Below are positions 16,132 to 22,261 of a DNA stretch of 22,261 bases, piece after piece; the stretch's first letter is position 1; each line of letters opens with the position of its first letter. The notes under the pieces are model-generated. The model made no database searches. It saw nothing but the letters and a program-made list of their open reading frames with translations, and was not told the DNA's origin. Origin of the DNA: Candidatus Acetothermia bacterium (lineage in GTDB: Bacteria > Bipolaricaulota > Bipolaricaulia > M55B111); NCBI GenBank assembly GCA_046543235.1, contig JBKGZT010000020.1, positions 1 to 22,261 on the forward strand, written 5' to 3'. A program made the position numbers and the translations under genes.

Positions 16132-18918
16132 TTATTCCTCATTTCGTTTGAATGCAAGATAGAGAGCAGCGGGCAGTACGGTTAGAGAGAGGACCATGGC
16201 AAATCCTATGCCCAGCAGCGAAGTTCCACCCAGAATCCGCAAACCAGGGGTCCGGGCAATAAAGAGGCTTCCAAAGACGACGATAGTGGTCATGGACGTC
16301 GTAACCACTGCGAGGCCGGTGTGAGAAAAAGCGGATAAAATAGAACTCAACCCCCCGTCCTCTCCCTCTTCCTCACGCCAGCGGTAGATGAGGTGCAGAC
16401 CGTCATCGACGCCGATGCCAATTAAGAGAGGGGAAATTATTATGTTTATGAAGTTGAAGTTCATGCCGAGCAGCTTCATTCCACCAAGCATCCAGAGGTA
16501 ACCGATAAAGAGAGGGATCACGGCGAGAAGCGAGAGTCTCAGGCTGTTCACTCCCAGGTAGAGAATTGCACCGATCATTAGAACCGCCAGCGTCGTCGAG
16601 ATTACGAAGTCGTGCCTAATATGCCCCTCGAGCTGGTACTGAATCAGAGGCAAGCCGAAGTAATCCTCCGTGAACTCCGAGACTTTAGCCACGAAACTGT
16701 TGAGGTTCTCCGACTCGTAGATTGACTTGTCGACTCCGGCAATTACAACGAACTCACCCTCCTCGGAAAGGAAGTTGGAACGGATCTCTTCCGGAAGGGC
16801 CTCAACGATCCCCCCCTCGCTTTGCAATAACTCGTTTGTCCGCGAGGTTTGCTCCTTGAATTCGGCAAGCTGCCGGTCAAGCGAGCCTATCTCCTCCAGC
16901 AATTTCTCGTCCTCGACCTCACGTAGTTTTTTCCGAATATCCAGGAGCTGGTCTATTACCTCGTTTAACTCCACCGTTACCTGAGAGCGACTGGAAAGCG
17001 TTGACGAAAGCTGGGCCGATGAGAGGTCGGCGATTAGTGCCTCCATCCGGTCTATTCTGGCCCCTTTGTTCTCAATTAAACCCCCAAGGTTCTGGAGGGT
17101 GGACTGGAGTTCTTCGATCTTGCCGGTTTCGACGATGGAACTCCCCATCCGTTCCGAATTTTCCGGCAGGTAGTCCCCGAGGGAATCAACGCTCTTTACC
17201 TGCTCCATCCGCCCGAGATTTCGCTCCAGCTCCTTCATTTCTTCCAGGTCGTCCGGAAAAAACGCGAAGGAGGGTCCTATATTTGCCTCAGACCCCCCGA
17301 ACTCCCTCTGAATCCTTTCCTGGACTCGGATGCTTTCGACCTCGGTAGAGACGTTGTTATCGGAAAACCGAAAATTCAACTGGAAGGCTCCAAATATCGC
17401 GAGGCCGGAAAGAACTATGGAAAACAGCAGGAGGGGCCTTCGAAAATCGATCGCACGACTAACAAATCTTTTGAGCGTGGAGCGGTAATCGAAGAGTTCC
17501 ACAATCCTTCTTTTCTTTCTCCATCTCTGGTAAACCACTATTAAGGACGGAAGAAGGAGTATGTAAACCAGGAAGGATATCATTATCCCGAGGCTGGTGA
17601 TAATCCCCATCTCTACCAGGCCCTGAGACCGGGCAAAAATCAGCGTGGTGAACACCGCCGAAGTAGTCAACGCAGCAATAAAGGTTCCTCTTCCCTTCTT
17701 CCTAATTGTAGTCCTGATGGCCTTGCTTACGGGCACACCCTCGAGCCTCTCCTCGCTGAAGCGAAAGAGGAGGTGAATTCCATAATCTATCCCGAGACCC
17801 AGTACCAGGGCTGGAAGAAAGGTGGTCAGTAGGTTGAAGCCGCCAACGGAGAACTTCGCCCAGCTTAGGGTCAACAGGACAGCAACCACCAGCGGAAAGG
17901 CAACCAGGGCAGAATAAAAGAGCGAACCGAGAGCGAAAAAGAACGCCACCATTACCGCAAGTGAGGATACGATCGTGGTTTTCAACATGTCGCTTCTAAG
18001 GGCGGCGTTCCGCTGAGAGTTAGTGACGAAAGATCCTGTCATCGTTATCCTGTAATTCCCACTTTCAAAGACCTCGCTCGCTCTCGCTTCCTCTATCGCC
18101 TTCTCAGCCGCATGGGTAATCTTATCGCTAAATTCTATATCGTGGGACTCGGCACCCCGGGGTCTTGCCCGGACAAGCAGTGTTTTGGCATCACCGGACA
18201 GGTAGCTACCCTCCAGTTCTTCCTGCCTGGAGTCCCTTACCTCCCGTAGATCTTCTCTCAACCCATTTAACCGATTATCCCATTCCCGGAGTTCGTCGGT
18301 CGAGTCCAACCCGGCAAGTACGAGGCGGTTCCTCCCTTCCACCTCTTCGAGCAACTCCCTCATTTCCTCTTCGGAAAGTTCACCATTCCCCTCAAGCTCT
18401 TCGTACTGCGCTACCAGGTCACCGTAAAGTTCTTCGGAGTCGGTTGACCCGTTCAGGGCAGGGAATTCAGACGCAAATTCGACGAGATCCCCCTCCATCT
18501 TATCAATTCGATCAAAAGTTCGTTCGTTTAAGGAATAGAGGAACTCGTAGTCCTCGGAGATCATCTGCTCGCTTCGGTATTTGACCGACTCGATTTCCGG
18601 TATCTCCTGGAGGAGAGGGCTTATTACCTCCGCCAGTTCGTACAACTTATCCTCCCTCTCCGATTTATCCAGCCCCGAACTGTCCCGTAAGGACAGAGCA
18701 ACGGTCAGGTTCTGAGTATCGTTGATCGTCCGCTGGCGCTCACGGTATTTGTTTATAAGCGGGTCGTTTTGTGGGAGGAGGTCCAGAAGCGAACTCCTAA
18801 TTGGAAAGGGAAACAGGTAGACAAAAGATAACCCGATCAGGATCAAAAAAAACCCAATTACCCAGTAAGCCCGGTAACGTACCAGACTATAAACACGATT
18901 AAATAATTTATCCAGCAT
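16132..18918 (-). CDS. MMPL/RND-superfamily transporter (HpnN/MmpL-like exporter)
   Basis: 928 aa with duplicated 1+5 TM organisation, large extracytoplasmic loops, and conserved TM aspartates in 'LGLGIDYGIH' and 'IGIGVDDGLH'. Confidence 0.9.
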   Translation of the reverse strand: MLDKLFNRVYSLVRYRAYWVIGFFLILIGLSFVYLFPFPIRSSLLDLLPQNDPLINKYRERQRTINDTQNLTVALSLRDSSGLDKSEREDKLYELAEVISPLLQEIPEIESVKYRSEQMISEDYEFLYSLNERTFDRIDKMEGDLVEFASEFPALNGSTDSEELYGDLVAQYEELEGNGELSEEEMRELLEEVEGRNRLVLAGLDSTDELREWDNRLNGLREDLREVRDSRQEELEGSYLSGDAKTLLVRARPRGAESHDIEFSDKITHAAEKAIEEARASEVFESGNYRITMTGSFVTNSQRNAALRSDMLKTTIVSSLAVMVAFFFALGSLFYSALVAFPLVVAVLLTLSWAKFSVGGFNLLTTFLPALVLGLGIDYGIHLLFRFSEERLEGVPVSKAIRTTIRKKGRGTFIAALTTSAVFTTLIFARSQGLVEMGIITSLGIMISFLVYILLLPSLIVVYQRWRKKRRIVELFDYRSTLKRFVSRAIDFRRPLLLFSIVLSGLAIFGAFQLNFRFSDNNVSTEVESIRVQERIQREFGGSEANIGPSFAFFPDDLEEMKELERNLGRMEQVKSVDSLGDYLPENSERMGSSIVETGKIEELQSTLQNLGGLIENKGARIDRMEALIADLSSAQLSSTLSSRSQVTVELNEVIDQLLDIRKKLREVEDEKLLEEIGSLDRQLAEFKEQTSRTNELLQSEGGIVEALPEEIRSNFLSEEGEFVVIAGVDKSIYESENLNSFVAKVSEFTEDYFGLPLIQYQLEGHIRHDFVISTTLAVLMIGAILYLGVNSLRLSLLAVIPLFIGYLWMLGGMKLLGMNFNFINIIISPLLIGIGVDDGLHLIYRWREEEGEDGGLSSILSAFSHTGLAVVTTSMTTIVVFGSLFIARTPGLRILGGTSLLGIGFAMVLSLTVLPAALYLAFKRNEE

Positions 18919-19017
18919 TCACTTTTTAGGCCCGGTCTACCCTGCCCACCCCTGATTCTACTCAGAAAAGATAAGATCCAGTCGCAAATAAGGACATCCT
19001 GCTCTCGCTCCGGTTAC

Positions 19018-19959
19018 CTATTCCTCGGAACCCGGGCTCCGGACGTCTATGTCACAGCCGACCAGATCCACCGTAAGCCTGACGTTCTGGCCGTTTTGGC
19101 CAATGGCGTAAGCGAGGTCGTCCTTCGGGACTATAACCCTTGCGATTTCCTCTCCCTGCTCGTTCTCCTGAAACTCGATCGACAGGATGCTGGCGGGTTC
19201 CAGGCTGTTCTTGATAAGCCTCTCTCTGTCGTCGCTCCAGTGAATTACGTCGATTTTTTCGCCGTTAAGCTCGTCGGTGACTTCTTTTACCCGGGAACCT
19301 CCCGCTCCAACACACGTACCCACCGGATCTATCTGGTCGTCAAGCGAGCGCACCGCTACCTTGCTGCGCTTTCCCGGCTCCCTTGCAATTTCCACGATTT
19401 CGAGCAACTCGTCTTCGATCTCCGGGATCTCGATTTCCATCAACTTGGCGACAAATTTCTTCTTCGTCCGCGAAACACGAAGATCCAGCCCACCTGGCTT
19501 CTTGTCCACGTAGTATAGGTAAGCCCTCAGGCTATCTCCCTGGTCGTATCTCTCACCTGGTATTCTCTCGGAACTGGGGAGCAAACCCTCTACCTCACCG
19601 AGATTCAACCAGACGTCGCTTCCTTCAAACCGGTGGATCGACCCGTTAACGACTTCCCCTTTCCGCTTCTCGTAGGACTCGTAAACCAGTTCGTTCTGCT
19701 TTTCCCGGATGAGCTGTCTTATCACGTCTTCGGCTTTTTTAGAGGCGATCCTGCCGAATTGACCCAGCTGGATTTGTTCCCCTTCTATAAAAATATCCCC
19801 GGAATTCTGATCTATGTTCACGTCCACGTCGCGATTCGTATCGTACTGCTCCTGGTAAGCTGCCTGAAGTCCCTTTTCCACCATAGAGTAGAGCTCGTCC
19901 CTCTCTATTCCCTTATCTTTGGCCATATCTTCCAGCGCTTCTATAAAATCTATATTCAT
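19018..19959 (-). CDS. nusA: Transcription termination/antitermination factor NusA (compact form)
   Basis: 'FGRIA', S1 domain, KH domains 'AREPGKRSKVAV...DPVGTCVG..GSRV' and 'AIGQNGQNVRL'. Follows rimP. Confidence 0.95.
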   Translation of the reverse strand: MNIDFIEALEDMAKDKGIERDELYSMVEKGLQAAYQEQYDTNRDVDVNIDQNSGDIFIEGEQIQLGQFGRIASKKAEDVIRQLIREKQNELVYESYEKRKGEVVNGSIHRFEGSDVWLNLGEVEGLLPSSERIPGERYDQGDSLRAYLYYVDKKPGGLDLRVSRTKKKFVAKLMEIEIPEIEDELLEIVEIAREPGKRSKVAVRSLDDQIDPVGTCVGAGGSRVKEVTDELNGEKIDVIHWSDDRERLIKNSLEPASILSIEFQENEQGEEIARVIVPKDDLAYAIGQNGQNVRLTVDLVGCDIDVRSPGSEE

Positions 19960-19976
19960 TAGCTACCCCTCTTGGG

Positions 19977-20450
19977 TCAATCCTCCTCTTCTTCCGTGAT
20001 TTTGGTCGTCGCCTTTGCCACGCTGCTGATCGGTATTTTTATCTCTTCCCCTTCGTACTCGAGAAAAATCTGGTCCTCCTTCTCATCGTATCCGCGGAGA
20101 ACGCCAACGAATTTCTTTACGCCCTTGATCTTCCCGTAGGTCTTGATTTCCACGGTTCTGTTTATTGCCCCCTGGTAATGACGGGACTCTATCAGGGGTC
20201 GTTCAATTCCGGGAGAAGATACCTGGAGCTCGTAACTCCGATCGATCACTCCGGTTTCGTCCAACCCGGCAGAAATGAGATCGCTCACCTCGGCGCAATC
20301 GGCGGTGGTCACGGGCTCGTCCTTGTCCAGCAACACCTCAAGAACCCATCGAGCCCCCCGCTTTTCCCACCGCAAAAGGTATAAATCTTCCTCTCGAGCC
20401 GCCAAGGACTCGCTCACCGTATCTTCCAAGCGTTTCCTCTTCCTGCTCAT
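19977..20450 (-). CDS. rimP: Ribosome maturation factor RimP
   Basis: 'VTTADCAEVS', 'YELQVSSPGIERPL', and position directly upstream of nusA. Confidence 0.93.
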   Translation of the reverse strand: MSRKRKRLEDTVSESLAAREEDLYLLRWEKRGARWVLEVLLDKDEPVTTADCAEVSDLISAGLDETGVIDRSYELQVSSPGIERPLIESRHYQGAINRTVEIKTYGKIKGVKKFVGVLRGYDEKEDQIFLEYEGEEIKIPISSVAKATTKITEEEED

Positions 20451-20462
20451 AACCTGAAAGCT

Positions 20463-20491
20463 ATTATATCAAAATGCCGGTGGCAACTCAA
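20463..20491 (-). promoter_or_regulatory. Sigma70-type promoter of rimP-nusA
   Basis: Minus strand TTGAGT (20491-20486), 17 nt, TATAAT (20468-20463), with extended -10 TGn. Confidence 0.75.
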
Positions 20492-20620
20492 CTTTAACGG
20501 AAATTAGCCCGATGTTGGGGGCCGAAGCAGGACGATCATTTCCGGAATAAAAATGTTCACGGGGATACATGAGCCCTCCCAGCTTGAATTCTAAAGTCCG
20601 AGAGGAGACCATTATTTATC

Positions 20621-21520
20621 ATGGCGTTTACGAGAGAAATCGTGGTAAGAGAAGAGGAAAAGGGGACCAGGATAGACAAGTTGCTTTCCCGTCTGTTATC
20701 AGGGATTTCCCGGGCCAAATGGCAGGACCTCATAAAGGAAGGCCTGGTCGAAATAGATGGAGGGAGAAAAAAGCCCAGCTATCAGGTAAAAGCCGGCGAG
20801 GGAATTCGAATAAAGATTCCCGAAGACTTCGACTCCACCGACCTAGAGCCACAGGACCTCCCCCTTGAAGTGATCTACGAGGACGATTATCTTCTCGGCA
20901 TTGACAAGCCGAGCCCGATGGTCGTCCACCCCGGTCCAGGCCACGAGGACGACACCCTGGCCAACGCTCTCGTTTATCACTATCCGGACCTACCCCCCGT
21001 TCCCGATCCTGCAAGACCGGGGATAGTACACCGGCTGGACAAGGACACGAGCGGCGTACTGGCGATAGCCCGAACCGAGTCCGTCTATGACAATCTAAAG
21101 GAACAATTCAAGGAAAGAAAGGTGGAAAAGACATACTTAGCGCTGGTCGAGGGAGGGTTCGAGGAAGGCGGAGGGATGATAGATGCCCCAATCGGCAGGA
21201 GCTCGAAGGATAAGACGAAGATGACGGTTAAGCTGGGAGGTAAGGAATCCCAAACGGAGTTCCGGGTCCTCGAAGCCTTCGAGGATTCCAGTTTATTGGA
21301 AGTAAAACCACGGACGGGAAGGACCCACCAGATAAGGGTCCACATGGATTACATCGGCCATAGAATAGTTGGGGATAGTTATTACGGAGGGCGAGATTGC
21401 GAAAGATTGATGCTTCACTCGAAGAGCCTGACCTTCGAACATCCCGAAACCGGTGAAGAGGTTACCCTGGAAGCTTCTATTCCCGACCCCTTCAAAGAAT
21501 TGACCGGGGAAGAAAGCTAA
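20621..21520 (+). CDS. rluD: RluA-family pseudouridine synthase with N-terminal S4 domain (RluD-like)
   Basis: S4 region 'RIDKLL...SRAKWQDLIKEGLV', 'VHPGPG', catalytic 'HRLDKDTSG', 'TGRTHQIRVH', 'MLHS'. Confidence 0.88.
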   Translation: MAFTREIVVREEEKGTRIDKLLSRLLSGISRAKWQDLIKEGLVEIDGGRKKPSYQVKAGEGIRIKIPEDFDSTDLEPQDLPLEVIYEDDYLLGIDKPSPMVVHPGPGHEDDTLANALVYHYPDLPPVPDPARPGIVHRLDKDTSGVLAIARTESVYDNLKEQFKERKVEKTYLALVEGGFEEGGGMIDAPIGRSSKDKTKMTVKLGGKESQTEFRVLEAFEDSSLLEVKPRTGRTHQIRVHMDYIGHRIVGDSYYGGRDCERLMLHSKSLTFEHPETGEEVTLEASIPDPFKELTGEES

Positions 21521-21544
21521 ATCGGAAACTCAAGCCTTCAACTT

Positions 21545-21568
21545 GGTCTCCCTCGGCTCGGGGAAACC
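21545..21568 (-). terminator. Hairpin between the convergent rluD-like and pgsA-like genes
   Basis: Minus strand GGTTTCCC-CGAGCCGA-GGGAGACC, 8 bp with one G-U pair, directly at the pgsA-like stop. No U-tract. Confidence 0.35.
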
Positions 21569-22092
21569 TACTGGCTGCTTTCCCGCCAGAATCTCCTCCT
21601 GCGAGATCCCATGGTAAAGTAAACTACGGCCGAAACGTAGGAAGCCCCAATTCCGACGAAGATGAAATAAAGGGCAAAAGGTATGTCGAAAAAGACCGCG
21701 ATAAGCCCCAGTGTTATTAGTGCTGAACTGGATTTCCCCCAGACGTTTGCGGGGATTACTTCTCCCTGGTTCCTGTAAAGAATCCCCCCGCCGATGATCA
21801 ATGCCAGGTAGGGCATGAGCAAAAGCAAGAAGGCAATAACCGGTATCTCGCCCACCCAGGTAAAGAAACCGAACAGCGAGAGAAAGAGCGATTTGTCCGC
21901 TACGGGGTCCAGAATTTTACCCAGTTCGGTGATTTCGCCCAGTTTACGAGCTACGAGCCCGTCAATCAGGTCGCTCAGTAGCGCTATCACGAGAAAAACC
22001 AGTGCAATATTCGTCTTCCCGTAAGCGAGTGCGTAAATGATAAACGGGAGGACGATCAACCTGATCGACGTGATAAAGTTAGCGGTATTCAT
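21568..22092 (-). CDS. CDP-alcohol phosphatidyltransferase (PgsA-like)
   Basis: 'NTANFITSIR', CDP-alcohol signature 'SDLIDGLVARKLGEITELGKILDPVADK', 'ANVWGK'. ATG 22092 (TTG 22095 is an alternative). Confidence 0.9.
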   Translation of the reverse strand: MNTANFITSIRLIVLPFIIYALAYGKTNIALVFLVIALLSDLIDGLVARKLGEITELGKILDPVADKSLFLSLFGFFTWVGEIPVIAFLLLLMPYLALIIGGGILYRNQGEVIPANVWGKSSSALITLGLIAVFFDIPFALYFIFVGIGASYVSAVVYFTMGSRRRRFWRESSQ

Positions 22093-22100
22093 CAAGAGGA

Positions 22101-22129
22101 ATGATAACCACCTCCCCAGAGCAATGCAA
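22101..22129 (-). promoter_or_regulatory. Sigma70-type promoter of the pgsA-like gene
   Basis: Minus strand TTGCAT (22129-22124), 17 nt, TATCAT (22106-22101), only 8 nt before the ATG. Confidence 0.6.
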
Positions 22130-22182
22130 ACCTGTAGAGTGTTTGCCCAATGACCCCGGTTTACTTAGTATTGTAAATATGA

Positions 22183-22230
22183 CTCGGATCTTTCACCATT
22201 AAAAGCAAATACAATAATTGGCTAATAGAC
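22183..22230. repeat. Diverged copy of the left end of the 7542-7711 element
   Basis: CTCGGATCTTTCACC matches 7542-7556 at 14/15. Ungapped alignment to 7542-7589 gives 29/48 identity. Confidence 0.45.
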
Positions 22231-22261
22231 CCCGGCGAGGATAGTGTATAAGCAACTGTGT

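Noticed and set aside
20569..20868. 99-aa + strand ORF overlapping the rluD-like start
   Set aside because: Alternate-frame overlap of a well-supported gene, with Arg/Gly-biased composition.

Overview
Bacterial housekeeping region with 19 CDS, 18 of them on the minus strand. In order: Na+/solute symporter and small membrane partner, MalY/PatB C-S lyase, HIT hydrolase, tyrS, gyrA (no adjacent gyrB), a RACo/ASKHA corrinoid activator, YqeG phosphatase, DUF4911-like protein, a SurA/parvulin-TPR fusion, an orphan AtpZ/AtpI-like protein, spoVS, rny, an acidic hypothetical protein, an MMPL/RND transporter, nusA, rimP, an RluA/RluD pseudouridine synthase (+ strand) and a PgsA-like CDP-alcohol phosphatidyltransferase. 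The soluble proteins look strongly D/E-rich, suggesting a salt-adapted anaerobe (possibly Bipolaricaulota/KB1-like; inference only). No rRNA, tRNA, CRISPR array or transposase was seen. Best leads: (1) a 170-bp fold-back element at 7542-7711 with 15-bp terminal inverted repeats and a flanking CTTCA direct repeat, plus an apparent diverged second left end at 22183; (2) a TyrRS whose two class I signatures read TLGH and AMSQT instead of HLGH and KMSKS; (3) GyrA with Ile at the Ser83-equivalent quinolone site; (4) a degenerate parvulin-TPR fusion; (5) a structured leader ahead of the symporter genes. All family assignments are by eye; no searches were run.
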